A stretch of DNA of 64,000 bases, from NCBI GenBank assembly GCA_965203315.1, contig OZ241857.1, positions 672,001 to 736,000 on the forward strand, written 5' to 3'. Below are positions 31,136 through 41,230 of this stretch, piece after piece. The notes under the pieces are model-generated. The model did not search any database. It worked only from the letters and a program-made list of their open reading frames with translations, and had not been told where the DNA came from. Numbering within the stretch: the stretch's first letter is position 1; each line of letters starts with the position of its first letter. A program made the translations under genes and the position numbers. This stretch comes from Nitrosopumilus sp. Lineage in GTDB: Archaea > Thermoproteota > Nitrososphaeria > Nitrososphaerales > Nitrosopumilaceae.

Positions 31136-31822
31136 GTGAACACGGCCCATATCTTTATCATGTTTTAATGATGATTCTTCTAAATTAGATCTGTGTTCAA
31201 TTTCAAGGTTTTTTATTTTTTCATAATCTTTTTCTGTTGTCAATTTGAGAATTTATTTGTAATGAGATCTTTTTTATTGATTTGTTCATAATGTTTATAA
31301 TATATTTTTGTCTCATATGGAGAACTTAATTGAATTTTGAAATATCCAAAAAAGAAATCATCAACAAATTTTATAACAGATGGATTACCTGCATGTGAGA
31401 AATCAAGCAAAAAAGTATTCGGAAAAGAAACAAGACATATTAAACACATTCATCTCATGGGTAAGCGATCCCGCGATAACAACAACAAGATGGAAAGATT
31501 AAACGGTACGATTGGGGGGGATCGCGAGGTGGCATTTCGTGGTTTAAAGAGTGACAATACCAACTTGATAGGTGGATTTAGAACGTTTTACAACTGTACC
31601 AAAAAACATGAGGGTCGTGGTGGCAAGACTCCGGCTGAAGAAGCACCAATCTTGATCGATGGACCCAACAAATGGAAGACGATCATTCAAAACGCCAGTC
31701 TCTACAAGAACTCGCTATGACCAATCTCTCTTTTTGTTTATGATATTATACATGTGTGTATGATTAAGCGATCTTTGATTTTCATGTCTAAATTCCCCAG
31801 CTCCCGATAACGTAACAGAACC
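31136..31822 (+). pseudogene. Decayed IS6 transposase C-terminus and right end
   Basis: ITDGLPA, NNKMERLNGT, KWKTIIQNAS; ends in AACAGAACC. Confidence 0.8.
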
Positions 31823-32157
31823 AAAAAAGGAACAGTTGTTGACGAGTCGTCAGTAGATGAATATCATGTCAAATGAAGGAGTAAACGACTTTTCATATCC
31901 CACACCCGCTTTTAGGCAGTTCTCTTACATTTACCGAGTTGTACCGCAAGTCCAAGATTAGAATGAAGAGATCGTTCTTGCGGCATCTGAATCGTCGTAT
32001 AGAGTATGACTTTGTAAGATTAATGCAGAGACGAGTGTTCGTTATCACATTACAGAGGACGAATCGTGCTAGATCTGTTCATACAGAAGAATATATGACA
32101 AAATACGCAACATAATTTGCTCTTGTTTGGTATTTAGAAATATGTAAAGACATCAAC

Positions 32158-32883
32158 ATGGTAGAGAGTTTTCCAGAGGCTGAGGTCTTTGAGTTTAAGA
32201 GCTCAAAGTTGAACAGTCCGACCATATTTGCAGGTTTTGTGGGTGCTGGCCTAGTGGGACCTGTTGCGATAAATCACATCATAGAAGAGCTTAATATGAA
32301 AGAGATAGCTGTGATGAGATCTAGATATCTTCCGCCATCGACAGTATTCATGAGAGGGAGGTTACGTCATCCGTTTCGGTTTTATGCAAACGCAGATGGA
32401 ACAATATGTGCCATAATATGCGAGATAACATTACGGTTGGAAGGATTGTACTCGTTAGTATCAACTATTCTTGATTGGGCCACCTCAAAGGGCTCAAAGG
32501 AGATTGTGATACTAGACGGGGTCGCGAGTATGGAACACGATAAACGAGCATATTGTGCTGCAGAAGAAGACCTGATAAGGACAATGGAGGACAAGGATAT
32601 CAACATGATTCCGCAAGGATTCATAACAGGCATACCAGGAGGAATATTAAACGAATGTCTAGTACGAGAGATTCAAGGGATCGCACTACTTGCAAAAGCA
32701 GACAATACATCACCAGACTCTGAAGCAGCTGCAACGCTCATCAAAGCACTAAATCGGTTTTACGAGATGGATATTTCGACAGATATACTATACAACAACA
32801 CAGATCAGATAAGTACCGAGTTTAACGAATTGTCACAAAAGTATGTGAAACATCGTCAAGAGATAGCAGGCATGTACATGTGA
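32158..32883 (+). CDS. PAC2-family proteasome assembly chaperone
   Basis: GFVGAGLVG, PFRFY, G.ITGIPGGIL, PD.EAA. Confidence 0.88.
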   Translation: MVESFPEAEVFEFKSSKLNSPTIFAGFVGAGLVGPVAINHIIEELNMKEIAVMRSRYLPPSTVFMRGRLRHPFRFYANADGTICAIICEITLRLEGLYSLVSTILDWATSKGSKEIVILDGVASMEHDKRAYCAAEEDLIRTMEDKDINMIPQGFITGIPGGILNECLVREIQGIALLAKADNTSPDSEAAATLIKALNRFYEMDISTDILYNNTDQISTEFNELSQKYVKHRQEIAGMYM

Positions 32884-33009
32884 CACAACTAGCACACATA
32901 ACAATAGATTAACAGTGGAGGACTAGAATACAGTACAAACCTGCATTTTCATTACAAGAAGAGATAACAAATCCGTCAAGACTTGTGTCTGAATTTGATC
33001 GCATTTGGT

Positions 33010-33154
33010 TAGTGGCTCGAAATGAACAATCGCCTAATTTTTTCCTAGTGTTTAGTATCACAATTTAGTGTTATCTGTTAGGCCAGAGATAAATTCCGTC
33101 TCGGACATCACATATGCGGGAGTAAACAAGAAAACAATTCCGTTCGTGACTATA
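33010..33154. mobile_element. MITE family D copy 2
   Basis: Family D internal homology; right end GTTCGTGACTATA. Confidence 0.65.
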
Positions 33155-33210
33155 GAATCTTCAAGATCATTTATATACAAATCTGAAGCAATAGGATAGG
33201 TTATTTCATT

Positions 33211-33732
33211 ATGAATAAAAAATGCGAGATATGTTTTGAAGCTTTTACGCCAAGAAAAAGAGTCTACGAACAAAGAACATGTGGTGCCAAACCATGTCAA
33301 GACGAACTTGCAAGAAGATATAACAAGCTACAAACAGAAAAGAGATCCAAAGTTCCTAAATCTGTAAATTGCATAATATGTGGTGCCTCGTTCAAACCCT
33401 TCAGCCGAAAGCAAAATACGTGTAGCGATCAATGTAAGAAGCAAAAGAGACGATTAGGTTATGTGTATAAAGAGATGGGAGACCATCAATGTCCATATTG
33501 CAATAAAGTAACAAAAAAGAAGAGACATGATCAGCAAACATGTGGAAGCAAATTATGTCAAGCACAGCACGAAACAATGATGAATAGACAGAGAGAAGCC
33601 AAAAAACCAAAGAAACCTTTACTGGAGAGAAAATGCACAGTATGTAAAAAATTATTTCGAACACATCTTCCACAAACAGTTACCTGTGGTACTAGATTAT
33701 GTAAAAAAAGCAGAAAGGTAAATGGTACATAA
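33211..33732 (+). CDS. Multi-Zn-finger protein (four CxxC...TC units); probable N-terminal part of a frameshifted gene
   Basis: CEIC..F...TCG..C repeats; one extra A in the A7 run near 33703-33709 fuses it to the next ORF. Confidence 0.65.
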   Translation: MNKKCEICFEAFTPRKRVYEQRTCGAKPCQDELARRYNKLQTEKRSKVPKSVNCIICGASFKPFSRKQNTCSDQCKKQKRRLGYVYKEMGDHQCPYCNKVTKKKRHDQQTCGSKLCQAQHETMMNRQREAKKPKKPLLERKCTVCKKLFRTHLPQTVTCGTRLCKKSRKVNGT

Positions 33733-33785
33733 ACAGATCACTTGAAAAAGTAGAGAGAGATTATCAGAAAGGACAACAAAAAACT

Positions 33786-34448
33786 ATGAACCTTAAAAAA
33801 AGTGCATTGAAGGTTTATGGCAATCAATGTGTGAAATGTCATTTAAAGGATTGGAGATATTTAGAGTTTGATCATATAAATAATGATGGAAAGACTGATC
33901 GTGATAATGGCCTAGTAACAAGACGCCTATACGAATCACTCAGTAAAAACAAACGACGAAATGATATACAAATATTATGCAGGTACTGTAATCAGCGAAA
34001 AACAAGAACCATTGCATGGGATTGGAGTGCTAGAAAGAGTAGAAATGAATTAAGACGAAAGTCAAGGGAGCAGTTAATACGCCTTGTATGTTTGAGATAT
34101 TATTCTGGTAAAAAGATACCTGAATGTGCTAATCCTGAATGTCGTCAAACAAATGTAAGATTTCTACAACTGGATCACATAGAGGGAGATGGTAAACGAG
34201 AACGAAAGAAATATGGTGTTGCTAGAAAATTTTTCACCTATTTAATACTAAATAAATTTCCGTCAAATTTACAAGTCTTATGTTCGTATTGTAATGCTTC
34301 AAAAAATAACAAACATGTTGAATATACTAGACCAAACCTAGAAATAACATTATCGATATTGGGCAAGTGGTATTACACATATTTAGAATCAAGAAGAAAA
34401 TTAACAAAAGAAGAGTTAAAAAATAATATACTGTATGCATATTATTGA
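33786..34448 (+). CDS. Tandem HNH endonuclease domains
   Basis: C..C...LEFDHINNDG...ILCRYCN and C...C...LQLDHIEGDG...VLCSYCN; stop codon supplied by a MITE. Confidence 0.8.
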   Translation: MNLKKSALKVYGNQCVKCHLKDWRYLEFDHINNDGKTDRDNGLVTRRLYESLSKNKRRNDIQILCRYCNQRKTRTIAWDWSARKSRNELRRKSREQLIRLVCLRYYSGKKIPECANPECRQTNVRFLQLDHIEGDGKRERKKYGVARKFFTYLILNKFPSNLQVLCSYCNASKNNKHVEYTRPNLEITLSILGKWYYTYLESRRKLTKEELKNNILYAYY

Positions 34449-34568
34449 GAGTGCCCATGCCCAATCATCAAACACGATAACAATGAATCAATTTGCTTCT
34501 AGAAATTACACATGTATTTGATTGTGTCTCAAAATATGTACAAGACATAAGAAATACGCATACAGTCT
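34428..34568. mobile_element. MITE family A copy 7
   Basis: Family A homology; overlaps the HNH 3' end. Confidence 0.8.
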
Positions 34569-34711
34569 AGTATGCAAACTAGTGATCAAGATCACAGGCT
34601 TATTGGATCTCAAGTCCGATTTTACGATCTTTCGTACCTAAATTTCCCAGCTCCCGAAGATTACACAGAACCCGAAAGCCCCACATAACATTCATAAAGA
34701 TATGTAGACAA

Positions 34712-35113
34712 ATGTTAGTAATGATAGATAGTAAAACAGTGTTTGAAAAGTCGCTTGTTCGCATATTAGAACATCTAGATGATTTTGAAAGTTGTTCCCA
34801 CATAGCAAATGATCTAAGTAATGCCGCACTAATGCATGAAAATCCTGATGCGGTCATAGTTGCTGAAACTTTGAATCACATATTTTTCCAATTAGATATG
34901 ATTGTATCTGATTTTAATATTGGTGATGATGAGATAAAAACATTAAAAAATGATTTATCTACAAATATAAGATTACTGTCAGATTCGTTTAAAAATAACA
35001 ATTTTGAAAAAATTTATATAAATTTAAGAGACGCACATTATGTTTGGTCTAAATTTCAAAGTCGGGTATTTCAGACGTTAAAAGAAAAAAACCGTAAAGG
35101 AGAGAGTGACTAG
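34712..35113 (+). CDS. Unknown all-helical protein, gene 1 of HEPN module copy 3
   Basis: Homolog of 15542-15961. Confidence 0.7.
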   Translation: MLVMIDSKTVFEKSLVRILEHLDDFESCSHIANDLSNAALMHENPDAVIVAETLNHIFFQLDMIVSDFNIGDDEIKTLKNDLSTNIRLLSDSFKNNNFEKIYINLRDAHYVWSKFQSRVFQTLKEKNRKGESD

Positions 35114-35599
35114 TTGTCATCGATAACTCCCAAGTATATTGGTGAAGTTCAACGACAGTATAATATGTCAAGACAAAAAACTCATGGAAATAACTCCAAA
35201 CTGTACGAAGATATCGAGAATGTAAAGTTAGAAATTGAGAAAATCAAGAAAGAGCTTGAAGCATCAATTGAGAAAATACAAAAAGAGTTGTCATCCAAGC
35301 CCATAGACAAACAGAAAACAAGCATGGAGAATGTAAAACCAAAGATTATTGAAATGTTCGAAGGTATTGATTTTGTAAAGCACATATGTTATGAAAACGA
35401 CACTCGTGGTGACGAAATAACTCTGATTGTAATTTACGAACACGACAATTCTATAAAGTCTCGCGACATAATTTTTAAACAGTTTTTTAAACTAGAAGAC
35501 ATATTTCCAGATATTTATATGGAAGTGAGAATTTTACATACTACTGAAGTCGGCCCATACAGATTAAACGACACGACGACCGTTTTTAAGAGGGAGTGA
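35114..35599 (+). CDS. Degenerate MNT-like protein with coiled coil, gene 2 of module copy 3
   Basis: DFVKHICYE, VIYEH, HTTEVGP, TTTVFKR. Confidence 0.65.
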   Translation: MSSITPKYIGEVQRQYNMSRQKTHGNNSKLYEDIENVKLEIEKIKKELEASIEKIQKELSSKPIDKQKTSMENVKPKIIEMFEGIDFVKHICYENDTRGDEITLIVIYEHDNSIKSRDIIFKQFFKLEDIFPDIYMEVRILHTTEVGPYRLNDTTTVFKRE

Positions 35600-35955
35600 G
35601 TTTGCCGAGTTACTATCAAAAAAGCATTGCTAACAAAAAAAAAGCTTTTGAACATCTCAACCAAAAAACCCCAACACATATTGAATGGGAAGTGGTCATT
35701 ATATTTTATGCTGCATTGCATCTAGTCAACGATTATTTTTATAAAAATGGAATCGAGTTTGTAAAAAGACATGGTGGGAGAATGAAAGCGATAAAAAAAG
35801 ATTCAAAAATATGTGACTTGTATGAAGACTATCGAATAATGTTTGAGAGAAGTAATGATGCTCGATATGAAGAAAATGTACAAATAACAGAGGAAGATAG
35901 AGACGATATGAAAAGGCGACTTTCAAAAATTGAGTCAAAATTATCTGTTGTGTAA
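35596..35955 (+). CDS. HEPN-domain toxin-like protein, gene 3 of module copy 3
   Basis: EWEVVIIFYAALH, KRH..R, RSNDARY; GTGA overlap with gene 2. Confidence 0.75.
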   Translation: MSLPSYYQKSIANKKKAFEHLNQKTPTHIEWEVVIIFYAALHLVNDYFYKNGIEFVKRHGGRMKAIKKDSKICDLYEDYRIMFERSNDARYEENVQITEEDRDDMKRRLSKIESKLSVV

Positions 35956-36070
35956 GACCGACTCGGTCATAACAGTCATTGGTGTACATCCTCAGATTAT
36001 TGCGGTTTTAAAAAAAGATAACAAGATCCACAGTCCAAGACCCACACCTATAACAAGTTTGTGTTATTCA

Positions 36071-36246
36071 GGTTCTTTTAACTTATTAGTGGGTTAAGAT
36101 GCTAGTATTTCAAGAAACGCCCTTTATGCAACTTACAGTAATAATCGGCAATGGGCAATCTAACCATTTTTCATAACTTGTAAAATTTTTAGAGAGTATT
36201 GCGTGAAAACTATCGACCCCCCCCCCCCCGTTAAGTTAAAAGAACC
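36071..36246. mobile_element. MITE family B copy 3
   Basis: Family B TIRs, opposite orientation, poly-C tract inside. Confidence 0.8.
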
Positions 36247-36386
36247 CTTCACAGAACCGCAAACCTGACAGCACCAAAATTAGAGATAATTACAACCGAG
36301 CAAGAGACGATTCTGACTAATTTAAATAATTTCCGTATAAAACAGATACGCTCGTACAACATAAATCGAAGAGATCCGTTGATAAA

Positions 36387-37175
36387 ATGCTTAATAAATA
36401 CTCGAACATAGTATTTGAAGTGTATTTATCGTATATTGACACATCTGGAGGTCCTGAGTATAGTGATCCTGAAAATTTTGTTGTGGCGTCAGTAATTATC
36501 CATGATACGTCTTGGCAAAATATCACAAAAGAGATTGGTCAAATAAAGTCCAAATACTTTCCAGATTTACATTCGGATAATGTAGAGTTCCATGTAAAGG
36601 ATATGTTGAATCACCGTGGTATCTATAAAGAAATATCTCTTAATGCCACATATTCTATACTAGATGATATTTTTGATGCTATATCTGCAAAAGATACGCA
36701 TCTACATGTTGTTGGAACTATACTTGACAAAAGAAGAAGAGGACTAGATCTTGAAGTATTTGGCTATGTACCTGTATTTGAGAGATTCAATCGTTATTTA
36801 TCTCAAATAAACCGACATTTACAAAAAGATAGTGAATCTATAGAATATGGGATGGCGATTATAGATTCTGCTGGAAGCAGAGATCAACAACTTCGATCTA
36901 AACTATCTCCAATACTGAGTAGTGGTACATCGTACTCGAATTTTAATTATTTGATTAATAGTATACTGTTTGCAGATTCACGATGGGATGATCTAATACA
37001 GATAGCAGATTGCGTAGCGTACTGTATACGTAAACATCATAGAACAAACAATACTGATGACATACATTTACAACACTGGGAAAAATATTACTCCATGATT
37101 ACAGACAAGTTTTATTCAAGGGATGGAGAACATGACGGTTATGGATTGAAAATATTCACAGGAGGGGGGGAGTAA
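36387..37175 (+). CDS. DUF3800 domain protein (RNase H-like)
   Basis: YIDTSG (usually DESG), EFH, IQIADCVAY, GLKIF; true start may be GTG 36420. Confidence 0.82.
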   Translation: MLNKYSNIVFEVYLSYIDTSGGPEYSDPENFVVASVIIHDTSWQNITKEIGQIKSKYFPDLHSDNVEFHVKDMLNHRGIYKEISLNATYSILDDIFDAISAKDTHLHVVGTILDKRRRGLDLEVFGYVPVFERFNRYLSQINRHLQKDSESIEYGMAIIDSAGSRDQQLRSKLSPILSSGTSYSNFNYLINSILFADSRWDDLIQIADCVAYCIRKHHRTNNTDDIHLQHWEKYYSMITDKFYSRDGEHDGYGLKIFTGGGE

Positions 37176-37251
37176 ACTCCCCCTTGTCCTCCCTGTGGTC
37201 GTTACTAGACGCAACAACCACTCTCACCGATATCTGTGGGATACCAGAGTG
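37157..37251 (-). ncRNA. Candidate DUF3800-associated structured RNA
   Basis: Stems CACAGG/CCTGTG, GGGGGAG/CTCCCCC and CACTCT/AGAGTG; minus-strand TTTTTATA at 37272-37279. Confidence 0.5.
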
Positions 37252-37382
37252 ATATTACTAGTATTTTATGCTATAAAAATATTGTCTGATTTGGTTAAAG
37301 GTATTGGGTCAAAAGATGAGGGATCGTCAAGGAAAATTATCAAAGCCTTGAGAAAAGACATTCCACGTAAATCGAAGAGATG

Positions 37383-37497
37383 TTCTGCAAGAACTCGCTA
37401 TGACCAATCTCTCTTTTTGTTTATGATATTTCATGTGTATATAGGATTAAGCGATCTTATGCCTAAATTCCCAACTCTTGATAACTTGACAGAACCA
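37383..37497 (+). mobile_element. IS6 right-end remnant
   Basis: Near copy of 31700-31822, ending in GACAGAACC. Confidence 0.7.
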
Positions 37498-37552
37498 AGA
37501 TTTGTCTAACGGATATGATATACTTTTATTTAAAAATAATATGTTATAGTTT

Positions 37553-38572
37553 GTGGTATTAACCTACAAGAGAGCTGGAGTAGACGTAGCAAAGATCAAA
37601 ACAACACAGGATATCATAGGCAAGATGATCAGATCAACGCATAAAGGAGCAAATGTATTGCAAGGGTATGGTCACTATGCAGGAATAGTACAGATACATG
37701 GAGACAGGGTTTTAGCAACACATACTGACGGTGTTGGAACCAAAGTCGTCATTGCAAACATGATGAAGAGATACGACACCATAGGAATAGATTGTATTGC
37801 AATGAATGTAAATGATATCATATGCATAGGAGCTACTCCAATATCTTTTGTAGACTATATTGCCGCAAATCGAAACAACACAAAGATACTAGGAGAGATT
37901 GTCAAGGGTCTAGTTGAGGGAGCAAAGCAATCGTCTGTACCCATAGTCGGTGGTGAGACTGCCATTATGCCCGATGTCATAGAAGGAGATGGGTTTGCAT
38001 TTGATCTAGCAGGAACGGTTGTAGGAATGGCAGACAAGTCCAAGATCATTCTAGGAGATAATATACAAGTTGGTGACGTAATAATCGGCGCACACAGTAC
38101 AGGAATTCACTCAAATGGATACTCGCTTGCTAGAAGAGCTCTATTTGACAGATACTCAATAAGAGACAGAGTAAAGGGTGTTGGACGAATAGGAGATGCA
38201 TTGTTAGAACCCACACAGATATACACAAAACCAGTCATAGAGATCGTTAAAAGATACAAGATCAATGGACTGGCGCACATTACTGGAGGCTCATTTGCAA
38301 AACTCTTACGTCTAAAAAAGATAGGATACGTTATAGATGATCTACCGCCAACACCACCAATAATGAATCTGATACAAGAACAAGGTGTAAAGATAAAAGA
38401 GATGTACAAGACGTTCAACATGGGAATAGGCTTTTGTGTGATCGCACCAAAAGAGCATGTGTCAGATATTGTTTCCACATTTAAAAAGTACAAAATCTCT
38501 AGTCAGCAGATAGGAGAGATCATACCCAAAGCAGGTGTGACAGTAAACTCTCAAGATATAACTGGTAAATAA
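37553..38572 (+). CDS. purM: Phosphoribosylformylglycinamidine cyclo-ligase
   Basis: TYKRAGVD, TDGVGTK, DCIAMNVND, GGETA, GIHSNGYSL, AHITGG, TFNMGIG. Confidence 0.97.
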   Translation: MVLTYKRAGVDVAKIKTTQDIIGKMIRSTHKGANVLQGYGHYAGIVQIHGDRVLATHTDGVGTKVVIANMMKRYDTIGIDCIAMNVNDIICIGATPISFVDYIAANRNNTKILGEIVKGLVEGAKQSSVPIVGGETAIMPDVIEGDGFAFDLAGTVVGMADKSKIILGDNIQVGDVIIGAHSTGIHSNGYSLARRALFDRYSIRDRVKGVGRIGDALLEPTQIYTKPVIEIVKRYKINGLAHITGGSFAKLLRLKKIGYVIDDLPPTPPIMNLIQEQGVKIKEMYKTFNMGIGFCVIAPKEHVSDIVSTFKKYKISSQQIGEIIPKAGVTVNSQDITGK

Positions 38573-38724
38573 TCTTCCGACGTGTAGTCACGTTTAGACA
38601 TGTTGACTATATGTTTGATTTTTGTGAAATATGACACCAACCTAAATTGGACAGATTGATCCTTTAGACCCAGTGCATTTGTAAATTTTACGAGGTTGAA
38701 TACAACAAGGATTTTAACTGATTG

Positions 38725-38855
38725 TATAGCCACGAACTGAATTGTTTTCTTGATTACTCTCGCACATGTGGTCAGAGACGGAATTTACCTCTGGCAGAAC
38801 AGCTAACTCCAAATTGTGACACAACACTAGAAAAATTATTATGTTCGCGACCATA
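38725..38855. mobile_element. MITE family D copy 3, directly upstream of nurA
   Basis: Reverse-orientation family D homolog. Confidence 0.7.
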
Positions 38856-38869
38856 CAATATAGTGAACA

Positions 38870-39706
38870 ATGTTAAACTCGGTATATAGAGACGCCATTA
38901 CGAACCGAGACGCAATACTATCGGTAATCAAAGGCGTCAAATTTGAAGAGATCAAAAAAGAGGCTAGAACTAGATGGGTCGAGTATACTCCAACAAAAGA
39001 GTCGATAACGACAGCTGGAATAGATAGTAGTTTCAACAATACAAAGTTTCAAGGAATAGATCTCTGGGCAGTTACTGCAATATCGATCAAAGAGAATGGT
39101 GACATACTAGCAGACAGACACGAGTCAGGTCTAGGCTCCGATGTTCCATTATCAAGCATGTCAAGTCAGATGGAGATGGAAGCATGCAAAGATACCATAG
39201 ATCAGGTTGATCTAGTTTTGATGGATGGATCACTATACTCTCAGTTTATGTCTCGACAACCAAAACTCGATGCCGAGATACTTCGAATAATGCGAAAGAG
39301 AGACAACGTAATATTCATCTCAAAGACATCAAATACTAGACAACAGTTTGCCAGTATGGGCTCCCAAGCAGGAGACATATTTTACTACAATCATGTGACA
39401 AAGAGATCAGGATTTAGTAAAGTATTCGTTGAGCGCAGATATGGTCAAGACAAGTTGATCTCGACGACATTTGTTAGATTGAGTGACTCGACTCCGATCA
39501 TAAAACTCGAATTTTTGGGTGACAACATACAAGATACAGAGATCAAACATGTGATGGATAGAATTGCAAAACATAGTATCGGAGGGTATCCATACTCACT
39601 AAAGCTTGCACACAACAAATGTAAAATATCAGACAAGGAACTGACAAAGATGAGTAACATGTTGGGATTGAACAACGAGATCGGATCACGAGAGGTACTG
39701 CTATGA
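38870..39706 (+). CDS. nurA: NurA 5'-3' nuclease
   Basis: AGIDSS, LMDGSL, ISKTS, GYPYSLKLAH; operon context. Confidence 0.92.
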   Translation: MLNSVYRDAITNRDAILSVIKGVKFEEIKKEARTRWVEYTPTKESITTAGIDSSFNNTKFQGIDLWAVTAISIKENGDILADRHESGLGSDVPLSSMSSQMEMEACKDTIDQVDLVLMDGSLYSQFMSRQPKLDAEILRIMRKRDNVIFISKTSNTRQQFASMGSQAGDIFYYNHVTKRSGFSKVFVERRYGQDKLISTTFVRLSDSTPIIKLEFLGDNIQDTEIKHVMDRIAKHSIGGYPYSLKLAHNKCKISDKELTKMSNMLGLNNEIGSREVLL

Positions 39707-41229
39707 GAGTTGGTTATGTGATAGGCGAGTCCACGCCAACCTCTGTTGCTGCACTCACATCAAGACCACTAGCTGTTGGCGAGTATGTAAAGATCATCAC
39801 AGATACAGACGAGATACTAGGTCTAGTTGAGAGTTCATCGATATCTAGTGCTGCACTAGACGGTGTTCGAAACTTTGAGGAGGCCATAGAAGGAACAGAG
39901 ATTGCAAAGTTAGATTCCAGAGACAAGTCATACAATGCACGTATCGGTGTACTCGGATTACTGTATGATCTACAGCGAGGTAAATCCATAATTCCAGCAA
40001 CACCACCAGTTCCAGGCACAGAGATCACCAAACCTACAGTACAAGATCTAGATGCAATGTTTAATCCGGTACCAACCAATTGGGTAAAGATTGGCAAACT
40101 GTTACGAAACAACGAGATAAATGCCAAGATAAACTTGGACAAGATCGTCTCTCGTCATCTAGGAATTCTTGCGATGACAGGCATGGGAAAGAGTAACCTA
40201 GTATCTCTCATTGCAAAACACATCTCAAGTCTAAATGGAACTGTAATAATATTCGACTATCACAACGACTATACGTCACTAGAGATACCACGAATAAACA
40301 TAATTGCTGCAAAGATAAATCCCAGACTATTAGAGGCAGAACAGTTTGCCAGTGTTTTAGAGATAAGAGAGAATGCAACTAGACAACGAAATGTGATCGA
40401 AAAGGCCTTTGGTAATGCACGAAGCGCTACAGACTTTTGGGGCTATCTAGAGACCAACATAGAAGCTGTGATCGTCTCAGATGACAAACGAGATCGTGAT
40501 CTGCGTAGTGCAGCATACAGAGTATTGAGTATAGTCGAACATGCCAAAACAAAGTTTGCAGATATTCTAGATCCCAATACAAGCAATCCTCTGAGTTTCA
40601 TCAAAGAGGGTAGAGCCAATATACTAAACATATCAGAGCTGTCTGAAAAGCAAGCAAATGTTGCAGTTGCATTCTATTTGAGTCAGTTATTATACGATAG
40701 AAAGAATGCTAGTTTTGCAAGACACGACAACTCTAAACAACGAGATTACCGATTCGCATCTCCAATCTTTGTAATAATTGAAGAGGCACATGTATTTGTC
40801 CCAAAGGATCATGATGCAGAAGCAAAGTACTGGGCAGCAAAGATAGCAAGAGAGGGACGAAAGTTTGGCTTAGGATTGGGAATAGTATCTCAGAGACCGC
40901 GTAGCGTCGACCTCGATGTACTCAGTCAGATGGGATCATTTGCCATAATGAAGATAATTCAAGAGGATGATCAGCGTCAGATTGCGTCAGCTACAGAGTC
41001 GACTAGCAGAGAGTTGTTATCACAACTGACATCGCTGAACATAGGTGACGCAATTCTGATTGGACAATGGAGTAATCTTCCATCACTAGTACATATCGAT
41101 CAAGTCAAAGAAAAGATTGCAGGTGCAGATCAGAGTGCAGTAGATGCATGGACCAAAGCAGCAAAGATAAACGAGATGGCGACAGAGTCAACGCAGGGAT
41201 TGATTCAGAAGGATCTATTGTTGAGTTGA
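39703..41229 (+). CDS. herA: HerA DNA helicase/ATPase
   Basis: HAS barrel, RHLGILAMTGMGKS, IIEEAH, IAREGRKFG, SQRP. Confidence 0.95.
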   Translation: MRVGYVIGESTPTSVAALTSRPLAVGEYVKIITDTDEILGLVESSSISSAALDGVRNFEEAIEGTEIAKLDSRDKSYNARIGVLGLLYDLQRGKSIIPATPPVPGTEITKPTVQDLDAMFNPVPTNWVKIGKLLRNNEINAKINLDKIVSRHLGILAMTGMGKSNLVSLIAKHISSLNGTVIIFDYHNDYTSLEIPRINIIAAKINPRLLEAEQFASVLEIRENATRQRNVIEKAFGNARSATDFWGYLETNIEAVIVSDDKRDRDLRSAAYRVLSIVEHAKTKFADILDPNTSNPLSFIKEGRANILNISELSEKQANVAVAFYLSQLLYDRKNASFARHDNSKQRDYRFASPIFVIIEEAHVFVPKDHDAEAKYWAAKIAREGRKFGLGLGIVSQRPRSVDLDVLSQMGSFAIMKIIQEDDQRQIASATESTSRELLSQLTSLNIGDAILIGQWSNLPSLVHIDQVKEKIAGADQSAVDAWTKAAKINEMATESTQGLIQKDLLLS

Positions 41230-41230
41230 G

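Noticed and set aside
33700-33715. Programmed -1 ribosomal frameshift at A AAA AAG
   Set aside because: The zero frame reads TGT AAA AAA AGC, so the heptamer is not in the required phase
37195-37509. 104-aa ORF after DUF3800
   Set aside because: Runs through the structured RNA candidate and an IS6 end remnant; no coding features
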